From: Candidatus Puniceispirillales bacterium
GTDB taxonomy: Bacteria; Pseudomonadota; Alphaproteobacteria; Puniceispirillales; UBA1172
Length of the DNA: 64,000 nucleotides
Direction of reading: 5' to 3'
Assembly: GCA_049595035.1 (NCBI GenBank)
Contig: JBMYKD010000002.1
Coordinates: 109,667 to 173,666 of the forward strand
The notes beneath the pieces were generated by a model, which saw only the letters and a program-made list of their open reading frames with translations, ran no database searches and was not told the DNA's origin. The position numbers and the translations under genes are program-made. This document shows, piece after piece, positions 47,420 through 59,371 of the stretch (positions within the stretch are counted from its first letter, which is position 1; each line of letters begins with the position of its first letter).

Positions 47420-49218
47420 TTATCACCCATCTTGAGCGCTTCAAGAAACGCCGATTGCGGGATATCCACATTGCCAAACTGACGCATCCGTTTTTTGCCT
47501 TCTTTCTGTTTTTCCAGCAATTTTTTCTTACGGGTAATATCACCGCCATAACATTTTGCGGTTACATCCTTACGCAAGGCACCAACGGTTTCGCGGGCAA
47601 TCACCTTACCACCAATCGCCGCCTGCAAAGCAATCTTGAACATCTGGCGCGGGATCAAATCCTTCAGGCGGGCACAAATGGCGCGGCCGCGGCTTTCTGC
47701 CTGTTCTTTATTAACAATCATGGCCAGCGCATCCACCGGATCACTATTCACCAGAATGGAAACCTTGACCAGCTCACCGGTTCTGTAACCGGTGATATGA
47801 TAATCAAATGAGGCATAGCCCTTTGTGACTGATTTCAGCCGGTCATAAAAATCAAACACAACCTCATTCAACGGCAGGCGATAAACTACCATGGCCCGAT
47901 TACCGGCATAGGTCAGATTAACCTGTTCCCCCCGCCGTTCAGTGCAAAGTGTCAATACCGGCCCCAGAAACTCATCAGGTGTCATGATGGTGGCTTCTAT
48001 CCACGGCTCCTCAATATGGCTGATCCGGGTGACGTCTGGCATATCCGCCGGATTGTGAAGTGCAACCATTTCTCCATCGGTTTTAAAGATATGATAAACA
48101 ACCGACGGTGCCGTCGCAATCAGTTCCAGATTAAACTCACGATATAGCCGCTCCCGGATAATTTCCATATGCAGAAGCCCGAGAAACCCGCACCGAAAAC
48201 CAAAACCTAATGCCGCCGAAGTTTCGGCTTCAAACGAAAAGGACGCATCATTCAGGCTCAGTTTTTCGAGTGCTTCTCTTAAATCCGTAAACTCCCCTGC
48301 ATCCAGCGGGAATAATCCGCAGAATACCACCGATACGGATGGCTTAAATCCGGGCAACGCTTCATCCGCGGGCTTTCTATCATCCGTGATCGTATCCCCA
48401 ATTTTAGCATCAGACACGGTTTTGATACCCGCATTGATGAATCCCATTTCACCCGGGCCCAGTTCATCCACACTGGTCGGTTTAGGGCCAAATACACCAA
48501 CTCTTTCGATGCTATGACTGGCATTTGTGGCCATCATGCGGATTTTCATCCCTTTTTTCAGAACTCCATCAATCACCCTGACCAGCGTCATCACGCCAAG
48601 ATATGGATCATACCAGCTATCCACTAGCATAGCTTTTAACGGGGCATCAGGATCACCTTCAGGTGGCGGCAGACGGTGAACCAAAGCTTCCAGCACATCT
48701 TCGATGCCGATATTTGCCTTGGCCGAGGCTTCAATCGCATCACTGGCATCAAGGCCAATCACGTCCTCTATCTGTTTACGCACCCGTTCCGGTTCAGCCG
48801 CCGGCAGATCAATTTTATTCAGAACAGGGACAATTTCATGATTGACGTCAATGGCCTGATAGACATTGGCCAGCGTCTGTGCCTCAACCCCCTGAGAGGC
48901 ATCAACCACAAGCAATGAGCCTTCACAAGCGGCAAGTGACCGTGATACTTCATAGGCAAAATCAACATGGCCGGGGGTATCCATTAAATTGAGGATATAT
49001 TTTTCACCATTCTTGGCGGTATAGGACAGACGAACGGTTTGTGCCTTGATTGTGATCCCGCGTTCGCGTTCCAGTTCCATATTATCAAGAACCTGTTCTT
49101 TCATTTCGCGATCTGTGAGGCCGCCACAAAACTGTATCAAACGGTCAGCCAGTGTTGACTTGCCGTGATCAATATGCGCAATGATAGAAAAATTCCGAAT
49201 GTTGGAAATGGGCACCAT
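47416..49218 (-). CDS. lepA: elongation factor 4
   Basis: [33 protein letters not shown]. The start is taken at [10 protein letters not shown]. Confidence 0.95.
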   Translation of the reverse strand: MVPISNIRNFSIIAHIDHGKSTLADRLIQFCGGLTDREMKEQVLDNMELERERGITIKAQTVRLSYTAKNGEKYILNLMDTPGHVDFAYEVSRSLAACEGSLLVVDASQGVEAQTLANVYQAIDVNHEIVPVLNKIDLPAAEPERVRKQIEDVIGLDASDAIEASAKANIGIEDVLEALVHRLPPPEGDPDAPLKAMLVDSWYDPYLGVMTLVRVIDGVLKKGMKIRMMATNASHSIERVGVFGPKPTSVDELGPGEMGFINAGIKTVSDAKIGDTITDDRKPADEALPGFKPSVSVVFCGLFPLDAGEFTDLREALEKLSLNDASFSFEAETSAALGFGFRCGFLGLLHMEIIRERLYREFNLELIATAPSVVYHIFKTDGEMVALHNPADMPDVTRISHIEEPWIEATIMTPDEFLGPVLTLCTERRGEQVNLTYAGNRAMVVYRLPLNEVVFDFYDRLKSVTKGYASFDYHITGYRTGELVKVSILVNSDPVDALAMIVNKEQAESRGRAICARLKDLIPRQMFKIALQAAIGGKVIARETVGALRKDVTAKCYGGDITRKKKLLEKQKEGKKRMRQFGNVDIPQSAFLEALKMGDN

Positions 49219-49481
49219 GATGAACCTCAAAGCTATAAACAACACTCATACCTATTTCCATCGCTTCGTGCAATGGTCAGATTGACACGTTGCGCATCGG
49301 GCAGTAAAAGATAGTTATGTGGTTATTGATCCGTACATTATTTCGACTAATCAGCCCGGCTCCAGCCTTAATGCATGGTCGGGGTCGGGATTAATCATTT
49401 TAGCACAGCACATGCCACCAGCAATATCTATTTCAGGCGTCTGCTGTTAAGGACACGGAATATCAGAAAAGAAGGTTTATT

Positions 49482-51194
49482 ATGACCACCACAACACCAG
49501 AAACAGCCGCACAAAAAGCGGCGTTGCAACAGAGTTACAAAAAATACCGCGCTTTCCCGCCGGTGGATTTGCCTGACCGTTCATGGCCAGAACAAACCAT
49601 CACTGAAGCCCCTATATGGTGCAGTGTCGATTTACGGGATGGCAATCAATCGCTGATTGAACCTATGGATAGCCCGCGTAAGATGGCTATGTTCCGGCTG
49701 CTTGTTGCCATGGGATTTAAGGAAATAGAAGTTGGTTTTCCCGCCGCATCCGAAACGGATTTTAATTTCTGCCGTGAATTGATCGAAGGCGGCCATATTC
49801 CTGATGATGTTACCATTCAGGTGCTGACTCAGGCCCGGGAGCATCTGGTTGATCGCACCTTTGATGCACTGGCCGGAAGCAAGAATGCCATTCTGCATAT
49901 CTACAATTCCACTTCAACCTTGCAGCGGCGGGTTGTATTCAAAGATACTCGTGACGGCGTTAAGGATATCGCCGTTAATGGGGCAAAAATGGTGGCAGAC
50001 CGACTGGGGCGCCTGCATGATACCCGTCTTCAGCTTCAATATTCACCAGAATCCTTTACCGGCACAGAACTGGATTATGCGCTAGAAGTTTGCGATGCCG
50101 TGCTGGATGTATGGCAACCAACCCCCGACCATAAAGCGATTATCAATCTGCCTTCTACCGTTGAAATGGCAACCCCGAATATCTATGCGGATCAGATCGA
50201 ATGGATGTGTCGGCAATTTACCCGCCGCGACAGTATCATCATCTCACTTCACCCGCATAATGATCGCGGTTGTGCGGTGGCGGCAACTGAATTAGGGCTG
50301 ATGGCTGGTGGTGATCGTGTCGAAGGTACCTTATTCGGCAATGGTGAACGCACGGGTAATGTTGATATCGTTACCATGGGGCTGAATATGCTGACCCAAG
50401 GGGTGAATCCGGAACTGGATTTTTCCGATATAAACACCCTTATTGAAACGGCCGAGTTTTGTAACCAGTTACCTATCCATGAACGTCATCCCTATGCCGG
50501 GTCTTTGGTGCATACGGCATTTTCCGGCAGTCATCAGGATGCTATCCGCAAGGGTATGGATGCCATTGCAGAAAGCGATTCAGCATATTGGGAAGTGCCA
50601 TATCTACCCATTGATCCGTCAGATATTGGCCGGACATATGAAGCCATTATCAGGGTTAATTCGCAATCTGGCAAAGGTGGAGTGGCATATCTGCTGGACG
50701 TTGACCATCATATTAAATTGCCGCGCGGTGCCGAAATCGAATTAAGTAAAGCGGTTCAGAAAGTCGCTGATACCACAGGCCAGGAAATAACAAGCACCCG
50801 CATTTATGATATTTTCATGGATGAATATATCAATCAGAATGGGCCCTTCACCCTGATCAGCTTTACCAGCCAGAAATCCACCAATGGGAAAGATCAGGAA
50901 GATATTGCCGCAACCGTGAATTATCGTGGTGAAGAAATCAGCTTTACAGCGACCGGCAATGGCCCCATTTCGGCCTTTGTTGATGGTATCAGAAAGCAAT
51001 TCGGGTTGAGCTTCCGGCTCAAGGATTTTGGCCAGAATACGCGCAGTGCAACATCTACCGCTGAATCTGCTGCCTATGTCGAACTGGCTGTTCCTGATGA
51101 TGATGGCACCCATGTCTATGGTGTTGGGCTGGATACATCTATTACCCGTGCCCCTATCCGCGCGGTTGTATCCGCGCTAAACCGGATGGGTTAG
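49482..51194 (+). CDS. leuA: 2-isopropylmalate synthase, long (actinobacterial-like) form
   Basis: 570 aa with ...PIWCSVDLRDGNQSL..., HPHNDRG and a C-terminal LeuA dimerisation/regulatory domain. Confidence 0.9.
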   Translation: MTTTTPETAAQKAALQQSYKKYRAFPPVDLPDRSWPEQTITEAPIWCSVDLRDGNQSLIEPMDSPRKMAMFRLLVAMGFKEIEVGFPAASETDFNFCRELIEGGHIPDDVTIQVLTQAREHLVDRTFDALAGSKNAILHIYNSTSTLQRRVVFKDTRDGVKDIAVNGAKMVADRLGRLHDTRLQLQYSPESFTGTELDYALEVCDAVLDVWQPTPDHKAIINLPSTVEMATPNIYADQIEWMCRQFTRRDSIIISLHPHNDRGCAVAATELGLMAGGDRVEGTLFGNGERTGNVDIVTMGLNMLTQGVNPELDFSDINTLIETAEFCNQLPIHERHPYAGSLVHTAFSGSHQDAIRKGMDAIAESDSAYWEVPYLPIDPSDIGRTYEAIIRVNSQSGKGGVAYLLDVDHHIKLPRGAEIELSKAVQKVADTTGQEITSTRIYDIFMDEYINQNGPFTLISFTSQKSTNGKDQEDIAATVNYRGEEISFTATGNGPISAFVDGIRKQFGLSFRLKDFGQNTRSATSTAESAAYVELAVPDDDGTHVYGVGLDTSITRAPIRAVVSALNRMG

Positions 51195-51247
51195 GCCTGA
51201 ATGGTAAATAGGGTCAGCTTGAATAGATAACGGGCGAAACAGATATC

Positions 51248-53662
51248 CTAACCGCGCAGGATGCCGCCGCAATTCTTTTCTACGGCAGCAATAATGGCCT
51301 GACTTACAGCTTCGATTTCTGGTTCTGTCAGGGTGGCCTTAGTCGGCTGTAAGATTACCCCGAGAGCAACTGATTTTTGTCCTTCGGGGATACCCTTACC
51401 AGCATAAACATCAAACACGGATATGTCGGTTACTAACGGCTTACCTGCTCCACGCACCGCACGAACCAGTTTTTCTGCTGTTACATCACTATCTAGCAAA
51501 AAGGCAAAGTCACGTCCCACTTGTTGATATGGTGACAGATTGGCAAGCGGGCGTTGTGATGATTTCTGCTTTGATCCGGATTTGGGCATCGGTACGGCGT
51601 CAAGCATGATCTCAAAGCCAGCCGCCGGGCCTTTAATATCATGGGCTTCCATAAAGGCCGGGTGCATGGCCCCAAACCGTGCCAGTGCCACTTTCCCCTG
51701 ATTAAGCGTGCCACTCTGTCCCGGATGATACCATTCTGGCGCATCAGCCCGCACCTGAAGTGATTCTGTCCGTACCCCAAGTGCTGCCAGTGCCGCCATG
51801 GCATCAGCTTTTCCATCAAGCCAGTCAACAGGACGTGCTGATCCTGTCCATTCCCGCACCGCTGTCATGCCATGACGCAATCCTGCCAGAACAGGATGCT
51901 GGCCTTCTAGCGTATCATTCGTGAAAACAGGACCAATTTCAAATACCGCTACATCGCTATCACCGCGAGCCTGATTGCGGGCTACCACATCCATCAGAAC
52001 CGGTATCAAAGATGGGCGCATGACAGCAAGGTCTGTGCTGATGGGATTAACCAGTTTCAAGGCATCGCCGCCGCCGCCATAACGGATAGCTATTTTTTCA
52101 TCTAGGAAAGTGAAGCTAACTGCCTCACTCATGCCGCGACCAGCCATAACACGTCTAAGAATGATCGGGCGTTTCTGTTCCGTATTTACCGCTGCCTGAC
52201 TGACCACACGGTCACGGGGCAATGGTAATTCGGGAATAGCATCATAGCCACTAACCCGGATAATTTCTTCCACCAGATCAGCCGCGCCAACAATATCACC
52301 ACGCCATGGAGGTGGGGCAACCTGCCAGATTTTATCCATATCCGTAACCGTAAAGCCAAGCGTTTCCAGAATATGTTTCTGCTTGTCCTGGGCAATGGTA
52401 ACGCCAGTCAGTTCAAGACATTGCTCAGGCCGGTAATCAATCACGCGTTGCCAATCGGCGCCCTTGCCTTCTGTTGTAACAGCCGAGGCTACCCCACCAC
52501 AGATATCCAGTATCATGGCGGAAACATAATCCATGGTCGTATCGGGTGAGGTGGCATCAAGACCGCGTTCAAACCGGTATCTGGCATCGGAATGAATATT
52601 TAGCTTACGGCCAGTCATGGCCACCGATACCTGATCAAAAATGGCGATTTCAAGGAACATGGTCGTGGTTTTATCGCTTACGCCTGTTCTTTCGCCGCCC
52701 ATAATTCCTGCCAGATCATCAACACCATCTGCATCGGCAATAACCAGCATATCTTTATCTAGTTTATAAGTCTTTTCATTAAGGGCGGTCATATCTTCCC
52801 CGTCCTTAGCCAGTCGAACTGTAAGTGTATTGCCCTTAACCTGATCTGCGTCATAAGCATGCAGAGGTCGTCCCAGATCAATCATCACATAATTGGTAAT
52901 ATCCACCAGAGCAGAAATCGCACGCTGGCCAACAGCTTCCAGCCGGTGTTGCATCCATTTTGGTGATGCCGCATTTGTCAGGCCAGAAAAGCTGCGGCCT
53001 GCAATATGCGGGCAGAGATAAGCCTGATCAGATGGTAAATCCAGCTTCCATGAAATCACGCTTTCCCCAACGGTTTCAACAGGTTTTGCAGGTAGTGGTT
53101 TCAATATCCCTAATCCAGCGGCGGCCAGATCACGCGCAATACCGCGAACCCCCAGACAATCTGCCCGGTTCGGCGTAATAGCAATTTCAATCACAGGATC
53201 ATCAAAACCCGCCCAGACAGCATAGGAATCCCCTACCGGAGCATCTGCAGGAAGGGCGATAATGCCGTCATGTTCATCTGAAATCATCATCTCACGTTCG
53301 GAACACATCATCCCGCGTGAAACAACACCCCGAATATCGGCTTCGACCAGAGTAAGATCAATGCCTGGAACATAAGCCCCAACCGGCGCAAAGACCCCGA
53401 CAAGGCCAGCGGCGGCATTTGGTGCGCCGCAAACCACTTCAACCATGCCATTGCCTATATCCACCTGACATACCCGCAAACTATCCGCATTCGGATGCTG
53501 TTCCGCCTTGGTGATGCGGGCGATGGTGAAAGGCTTTAATGCTTCGCTGCGATCAACCACGCTTTCTACCTCAAGCCCTAGCATAGGCAAGGCATCAAGA
53601 ATGGCAGACATATCTGCATCTGTATCCAGATGATCTTTTAGCCATGACCAGGTGAATTTCAT
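51248..53662 (-). CDS. pheT: phenylalanine--tRNA ligase beta subunit
   Basis: MKFTWSWLKDHLD..., 804 aa, downstream of pheS. Confidence 0.95.
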   Translation of the reverse strand: MKFTWSWLKDHLDTDADMSAILDALPMLGLEVESVVDRSEALKPFTIARITKAEQHPNADSLRVCQVDIGNGMVEVVCGAPNAAAGLVGVFAPVGAYVPGIDLTLVEADIRGVVSRGMMCSEREMMISDEHDGIIALPADAPVGDSYAVWAGFDDPVIEIAITPNRADCLGVRGIARDLAAAGLGILKPLPAKPVETVGESVISWKLDLPSDQAYLCPHIAGRSFSGLTNAASPKWMQHRLEAVGQRAISALVDITNYVMIDLGRPLHAYDADQVKGNTLTVRLAKDGEDMTALNEKTYKLDKDMLVIADADGVDDLAGIMGGERTGVSDKTTTMFLEIAIFDQVSVAMTGRKLNIHSDARYRFERGLDATSPDTTMDYVSAMILDICGGVASAVTTEGKGADWQRVIDYRPEQCLELTGVTIAQDKQKHILETLGFTVTDMDKIWQVAPPPWRGDIVGAADLVEEIIRVSGYDAIPELPLPRDRVVSQAAVNTEQKRPIILRRVMAGRGMSEAVSFTFLDEKIAIRYGGGGDALKLVNPISTDLAVMRPSLIPVLMDVVARNQARGDSDVAVFEIGPVFTNDTLEGQHPVLAGLRHGMTAVREWTGSARPVDWLDGKADAMAALAALGVRTESLQVRADAPEWYHPGQSGTLNQGKVALARFGAMHPAFMEAHDIKGPAAGFEIMLDAVPMPKSGSKQKSSQRPLANLSPYQQVGRDFAFLLDSDVTAEKLVRAVRGAGKPLVTDISVFDVYAGKGIPEGQKSVALGVILQPTKATLTEPEIEAVSQAIIAAVEKNCGGILRG

Positions 53663-53672
53663 ATCCCGCTCC

Positions 53673-54752
53673 CTAGCTTAATCCAAGATGAACAGAAGGC
53701 GGATCAAATGGCATAAATCCATAATGCCGCATCCAGCGCAGATCACTGTCATAGAATGGCCGCAGATCAGGAATGCCATATTTCAGCATGGCCAGCCGTT
53801 CTAGACCCATACCAAAAGCAAACCCCTGATGTTCATTCGGGTCAATCTGGCAATATTCCAGCACCCGCGGGTTAACCATCCCGCATCCCAGAATTTCAAG
53901 CCAGTCTGCCCCTGCCCCAATCGTCAAGCCACCATCATCACGACTGCACCCGATATCCACTTCGGCAGATGGTTCGGTGAAAGGAAAATAACTAGGACGG
54001 AAACGTACGGGTAGATCATCCACATTGAAAAAGGCGCGGCAAAACTCAATCAGGCAGCCTTTCAGATGCGCCATGGTAATGCCATCACCAATGACCAGCC
54101 CTTCGCATTGATGGAACATGGGCGAATGCGTGGCATCATGATCAGACCGGTAAGTCCGGCCGGGGGCAATGATCCGGATAGGCGGTTTCATTTTTTCCAT
54201 TGTCCGGATTTGCACCGGTGATGTATGTGTCCGCAACACCTTGCGCAGACCATCGGCATCTGGCGTCATGTAGAATGTATCATGTTCCTGTCTGGCCGGA
54301 TGATCTTCGGGCATATTTAGGGCGGTAAAATTATAATAATCGCTTTCGATATCAGGCCCTTCGGCAACGACAAATCCCATTTCCGCGAATATGGCAAGAA
54401 TGTCTTCGAGAGTGCGTGATAAGGGGTGGATAACGCCCATGGTTTCAGGCCGGTGGCTGAGGGTTACGTCAACCGTTTCGCTTTCCAGCCGGCGATTGAG
54501 TTCAGCCATAGCAAGAGCAGACCGGCGGGCATCAAGGGCCTGGGTCACGGCATCCTTGACCGTATTTAACGCCTGCCCCATTTCACGGCGGGCATCACCA
54601 TCAAGCTGACCAAGCGATTTCATCGCCATCGTCAACTCGCCTTTTTTCCCTAGGGTTTCAATGCGTACCGTTTCAAGAGCATCAGGCGTTCCAGCCGCAT
54701 CAATCGCGGCTAGAAACGTTTCCTTAAGCGCTTGCGGGTCGGCACCAGCCAT
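53673..54752 (-). CDS. pheS: phenylalanine--tRNA ligase alpha subunit
   Basis: Class II motifs ...FRPSYFPFTEPSAEVD... and ...GFAFGMGLERLAML... Confidence 0.95.
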   Translation of the reverse strand: MAGADPQALKETFLAAIDAAGTPDALETVRIETLGKKGELTMAMKSLGQLDGDARREMGQALNTVKDAVTQALDARRSALAMAELNRRLESETVDVTLSHRPETMGVIHPLSRTLEDILAIFAEMGFVVAEGPDIESDYYNFTALNMPEDHPARQEHDTFYMTPDADGLRKVLRTHTSPVQIRTMEKMKPPIRIIAPGRTYRSDHDATHSPMFHQCEGLVIGDGITMAHLKGCLIEFCRAFFNVDDLPVRFRPSYFPFTEPSAEVDIGCSRDDGGLTIGAGADWLEILGCGMVNPRVLEYCQIDPNEHQGFAFGMGLERLAMLKYGIPDLRPFYDSDLRWMRHYGFMPFDPPSVHLGLS

Positions 54753-54768
54753 GCGTCAACACTCCGCT

Positions 54769-55125
54769 TTATGCTGAAGCTTTGCGTGCCTGATCAACCA
54801 GCGCCTTGAACGCGGCTTCATCACGCACTGCCAGATCAGCCATAACCTTACGGTCGACTTCAATGCCAGCCAGTTTGATGCCGTTCATAAATTGCGAATA
54901 GGTCATGCCATGAATTCTGACAGCGGCATTAATCCGCTGAATCCAGAGTGCGCGCATTTCCCGCTTACGGACACGGCGGTCACGATAAGCATATTGACGG
55001 GCTTTATCAACAGCCTGCTTTGCTACACGAAAAACGTTTTTGCGGCGGCCATAATACCCTTTGGCAGCGGCGATGACTTTTTTATGACGCGCTGCAGCGG
55101 TAGTACCGGAAGTTACTCTTGCCAT
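54769..55125 (-). CDS. rplT: 50S ribosomal protein L20
   Basis: [17 protein letters not shown]...GYYGRRKN... Confidence 0.95.
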   Translation of the reverse strand: MARVTSGTTAAARHKKVIAAAKGYYGRRKNVFRVAKQAVDKARQYAYRDRRVRKREMRALWIQRINAAVRIHGMTYSQFMNGIKLAGIEVDRKVMADLAVRDEAAFKALVDQARKASA

Positions 55126-55137
55126 GCTATATCTCCT

Positions 55138-55335
55138 TTACGCGTAAGGCATAAAACGCTTAACGATACGGGCATCAGCATCACTAAGGATCATGGTACC
55201 ACGCGCTTGGCGTTTCATTTTCTGTGAACGACGACGGAGATTGTGCTGAAGAAACGCGGCACTGCCACGAACTTTGCCAGATGCGGTCAGACGAAACCGT
55301 TTTTTCGCCCCGCTTTTGGTTTTCATTTTGGGCAT
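55138..55335 (-). CDS. rpmI: 50S ribosomal protein L35
   Basis: [14 protein letters not shown]... The ATG at 55335 follows GAGGA. The track ORF is 12 codons longer. Confidence 0.93.
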   Translation of the reverse strand: MPKMKTKSGAKKRFRLTASGKVRGSAAFLQHNLRRRSQKMKRQARGTMILSDADARIVKRFMPYA

Positions 55336-55484
55336 TTTATCCTCTTTTCGGTAGGGTTGCGGTAAAAGCAACCGGGGTTATCAACAACCGGCTGGGCATG
55401 CCCTTATACGCCCAGTCGCGGAACATGGACGGGTTTTAGCCATAAACGCCACGCAATGCAAGCAGAAATAGCAGAAAACCCCGA

Positions 55485-56030
55485 TCAGGCGGGTGCCAGC
55501 ACCATCACCATCTGGCGGCCTTCCATTTTTGGCATGGCTTCCACCTTGGTGAGTTCTTCCATTTCTTCCCTGACCCGGCTTAGCACCTGTGCGCCAAGTT
55601 CCTGATGTGCCATTTCACGGCCGCGGAACCGTAAGGTGACTTTAACCTTATCACCGGCATCAATGAATTTCCGGACATTTTTCATCTTCACCTGATAATC
55701 ATGTTCATCGATATTCGGGCGAAGCTTGATTTCTTTGACTTCGACGATTTTCTGCTTTTTCCGCGCCAGATTAGCGCGTTTCTGCGTTTCATATTTGAAC
55801 TTGCCATAATCGAGGATTTTACAAACCGGCGGGTCAACATTTGGCTGAACTTCGACAAGGTCGAGGCCAACATCATATGCCTGACGCAAAGCATCGGCGG
55901 TATTAATAACGCCAAGCTGTTCGCCATTGTGATCAATGCAACGTACGGTGGAATTGGTAATAGCTTCATTAACGCGAGGGCTATTACTTTTCGATGTGCC
56001 TTTTTGAGGGCCTTGTGGTGGACGGGCTAT
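55485..56030 (-). CDS. infC: translation initiation factor IF-3, non-canonical ATA start
   Basis: The frame is open above the track ORF. AAGGAG-N8-ATA at 56030 gives [42 protein letters not shown]..., a full-length 181-aa IF-3. Confidence 0.88.
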   Translation of the reverse strand: MARPPQGPQKGTSKSNSPRVNEAITNSTVRCIDHNGEQLGVINTADALRQAYDVGLDLVEVQPNVDPPVCKILDYGKFKYETQKRANLARKKQKIVEVKEIKLRPNIDEHDYQVKMKNVRKFIDAGDKVKVTLRFRGREMAHQELGAQVLSRVREEMEELTKVEAMPKMEGRQMVMVLAPA

Positions 56031-56094
56031 TGACGTATCTCCTTATTCAAAATGGGGCCTGTCGGTCATATCAAACCTTATTTTATAGCAGAAC

Positions 56095-58020
56095 TCAGTT
56101 ATTTTTCAAATCCGGCGGTGTAATTTCTTCAATCAGCATGGAAATGGCTGTATCCAGTGCAATCGTTTCCTGATTTTTTTCACCTAACCGGCGCAATGCA
56201 ATCGTGCCTTCATTCTGCTCACGTTCGCCGATAGCAATAATGAAAGGCACCTTAGCCACGGAATGCTCGCGCACCTTATAGCTGATCTTTTCATTACGGC
56301 TATCCAGTTCCACTCTTGCGCCAAGGGCGGCCAGACGTTCCCGGACTTCGGCAGCATAAGAGGTAACAGCATCAGTAATGGGTGCCACAACAATCTGAAC
56401 CGGTGCCAGCCATGGCGGCATCCGGCCAGCATATTGTTCAATCAGAATGCCTATCCAGCGTTCCATCGACCCCAGAATAGCACGGTGTAACATGACAGGC
56501 CGCTGGCGGGAGCCGTCTTCAGCCACATATTCGGCATCCAGACGTTCTGGCAGGACAAAATCCACCTGCAAGGTGCCACATTGCCAGTCACGGCCAATCG
56601 CATCCCGCAACACAAATTCCAGCTTGGGGCCATAAAATGCCCCTTCACCCGGATTAAGAGTTGTATCCAGACCGGCGGCTTTGGTGGCAGATGCTAGCGC
56701 GGCTTCGGCTTTATCCCATGTCGCGTCATCACCGGCGCGGGTTTCCGGCCGGTCAGAAAACTTAACCCGCACGTCATCAAACCCGAAATCCCGGTAAATA
56801 TCCAGCAACAGATCACAAAATGCGCGCCCTTCACTATCGATCTGATCTTCGGTGCAGAAAATATGGGCATCATCCTGTGTAAAGGCTCGCACCCGCATAA
56901 TCCCATGCAATGCCCCTGATGGTTCATTCCGGTGACAAGACCCGAATTCGGCCATACGCAAAGGTAAATCACGATAGGATGTGATGCCCTGCCGGTATAT
57001 CTGAACATGCCCCGGGCAATTCATCGGTTTTAGCGCAAGAATGCGATCACCTTCGCTTTCTGCCGTGAACATATTTTCACGGAATTTTTCCCAATGGCCT
57101 GATTTTTCCCATAGACTGCGGTCAATCATTTGCGGCGTTTTTACTTCTTTGTAATGGGCAGCATCCAGCCGGCGGCGCATATAACTTTCAATTTCGCGAT
57201 ACATGGTCCAGCCTTTCGGATGCCAGAACACCGAACCCGTGGCTTCTTCCTGAATATGAAATAGCTCAAGCGATTTACCAAGCTTTCGGTGATCCCGCTT
57301 TTCAGCTTCTTCCAGCATGGTCAGATAGGCGGCCAATTCCTTTTCCTGAAAAAATGCCGTGCCATAGATACGCTGAAGCATAGGGCGATTGGAATCCCCC
57401 CGCCAATATGCGCCGGCCACACTCATCAATTTGAAAGCATGACCAATTTTAGCCGTTGACGGCGCATGCGGCCCCCGACAGAGATCAATAAAATTACCCT
57501 GTCGATAGAAAGTCACCGTTTCATCAGCTGGTATGGCGTCAACAAGTTCAACTTTAAACGGCTCATCATTTTTGCGATAGAAGGCAACCGCCTCATCCCG
57601 TGTCCACACTTCACGGCTGATCACTTCATCCCGATCAACAATCTCATGCATCCGGGTTTCAATCGCCTCCAGGTCTTCAGAAGAAAATGGCGTTTCTCGA
57701 TAGAAATCGTAATAAAAGCCGTTATCGATAGATGGCCCGATGGTCACTTGCGTTTCCGGAAATAATTCCAGCACCGCTTCAGCCAGAACATGTGCGCAAT
57801 CATGCCGGATCAAGGCCAGAGCATCATCGTCTTTTGCCGTCACCATGGCTAGTGTTGCATCGTCTTCGATCACACGGCTCAGATCAATCAGTTCACCATC
57901 TAGCCGCGCGGCTAATGCTGCCTTGGCAAGACCGGGGCCAATATCTGCCGCTACATCATAGGCCGTGATAGGCTGATCATATTGACGCTTGGCGCCATCT
58001 GGTAGGGTTATGACAGGCAT
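56095..58020 (-). CDS. thrS: threonine--tRNA ligase
   Basis: 641 aa with a TGS domain at the N-terminus, ...[16 protein letters not shown]... and class II motifs. Confidence 0.95.
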   Translation of the reverse strand: MPVITLPDGAKRQYDQPITAYDVAADIGPGLAKAALAARLDGELIDLSRVIEDDATLAMVTAKDDDALALIRHDCAHVLAEAVLELFPETQVTIGPSIDNGFYYDFYRETPFSSEDLEAIETRMHEIVDRDEVISREVWTRDEAVAFYRKNDEPFKVELVDAIPADETVTFYRQGNFIDLCRGPHAPSTAKIGHAFKLMSVAGAYWRGDSNRPMLQRIYGTAFFQEKELAAYLTMLEEAEKRDHRKLGKSLELFHIQEEATGSVFWHPKGWTMYREIESYMRRRLDAAHYKEVKTPQMIDRSLWEKSGHWEKFRENMFTAESEGDRILALKPMNCPGHVQIYRQGITSYRDLPLRMAEFGSCHRNEPSGALHGIMRVRAFTQDDAHIFCTEDQIDSEGRAFCDLLLDIYRDFGFDDVRVKFSDRPETRAGDDATWDKAEAALASATKAAGLDTTLNPGEGAFYGPKLEFVLRDAIGRDWQCGTLQVDFVLPERLDAEYVAEDGSRQRPVMLHRAILGSMERWIGILIEQYAGRMPPWLAPVQIVVAPITDAVTSYAAEVRERLAALGARVELDSRNEKISYKVREHSVAKVPFIIAIGEREQNEGTIALRRLGEKNQETIALDTAISMLIEEITPPDLKNN

Positions 58021-58113
58021 AATATCCTCAATTTACATCCATATAGGCTATGCTTTTATCCTGTTGTGGTAAAGGCTTCAAGGGGGCAAACATGCAAATT
58101 CCTGACCAAACCC

Positions 58114-59259
58114 TCATTTCATCAATTTGTGATAGATGGCAAGCGTTTTGGATTTCATCAGATCAGTTGTAAAATGATCCATCACATGTTGTCTGGCACG
58201 TTTGGAAAATTGCTGTCTGGCACGCGGTTTCAACGATAGCGCCGTATCAACAGCGGCGGCCAGATCATCGATATCTACCGGCTTTGCTAACCACCCTGTT
58301 TCATCCGGAACAATACTTTCGGCGGCACCGCCATGATCAAATGCTACTACCGGCCTGCCCATTGCCTGCGCTTCGATAGCAACACGGCCAAAAGGTTCAG
58401 GCGTTAATGATGGCATCACCACAACGTCAGCCAGCATCATAGCCGCCGGCATATCATTGGTTTCAGGTGCTAATATCACCCGCCCCTGTAAATGATGACT
58501 GGCAATAAGTGCCATTAGCTTTGATTGAAAACCATCACGGCCTGCCCCTGCCCCGACAAGAACCAGTACGGTATCCTTATGTGTCAGCTTTGCCATGGCC
58601 GCTATCATGGCTTCCTGCCCTTTCCATAAAGTGGGTCTTGCCGGAAGCATAATGATTTTCTTGTTTTCTTCTACATTCAGCTTCCCTGCCGCATTTATCG
58701 TGCGCTGGGCATTAACGGATTTGGGATTGAACAGGTCTATATCCACACCGCGGTGGATAATGGTAATTTTATCAATGACTTTAGGGAATTGTTTGGCAAT
58801 CAAATCAGATACATAATTGGATATGGCAATGATGCAATCTGCTTTCATCATAACGCTGTTATAATATTTTTTAAATATATTGGTGGCTTTGAAACGCCCA
58901 TGTATCGTTGTCACAACGGGTATCTTTAATGCCTTCGCCGCAGACATGACAATCCATGCCGGTGCCCGTGAGCGCACATGCACCAGATCAACCTTTTTTT
59001 CAACCATCACCTGCCGCAACTTGCGGCGGATAGATGACCAGCGCATGGGGTTTTTAGTACCAACAGGCAAAGCAACATGTTCGACACCTATGCGCTGCAA
59101 TTGCGCTACCATAGCCCCGCCACCGCTGACTACAATAGCCGTTCCTCCTGCATCAGAAATGGCTTTTGCCATTTCAATCGTTCCACGTTCCACACCACCC
59201 TGTTGCAGGTTGGGAAGAATCTGGAGAATAGTCTTGCCTTTAAGGCTTTTCATTGACAT
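58114..59259 (-). CDS. GT4-family (GT-B, RfaB-like) glycosyltransferase
   Basis: ...MPSLTPEPFGRVAIEAQAMGRPVVAFDHGGAAESI... (E-x7-E region). Confidence 0.8.
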   Translation of the reverse strand: MSMKSLKGKTILQILPNLQQGGVERGTIEMAKAISDAGGTAIVVSGGGAMVAQLQRIGVEHVALPVGTKNPMRWSSIRRKLRQVMVEKKVDLVHVRSRAPAWIVMSAAKALKIPVVTTIHGRFKATNIFKKYYNSVMMKADCIIAISNYVSDLIAKQFPKVIDKITIIHRGVDIDLFNPKSVNAQRTINAAGKLNVEENKKIIMLPARPTLWKGQEAMIAAMAKLTHKDTVLVLVGAGAGRDGFQSKLMALIASHHLQGRVILAPETNDMPAAMMLADVVVMPSLTPEPFGRVAIEAQAMGRPVVAFDHGGAAESIVPDETGWLAKPVDIDDLAAAVDTALSLKPRARQQFSKRARQHVMDHFTTDLMKSKTLAIYHKLMK

Positions 59260-59371
59260 GGACGTAACACTGGACAGATGGGATATTCACAAGTTAGATT
59301 TGTTTTAACGCTTCAGAACTGTCTTGTATATCGCTTTATTTCATTGATAGGATGATCAAAAGGGTGAAGTT

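Noticed and set aside
49317-49394. Possible leucine-rich leader peptide (MWLLIRTLFRLISPAPALMHGRGRD, 5 Leu) in the 236-bp spacer upstream of leuA, suggesting attenuation.
   Set aside because: The Leu codons are not consecutive and the SD is weak. I could find no terminator/antiterminator pair or T-run between it and leuA.
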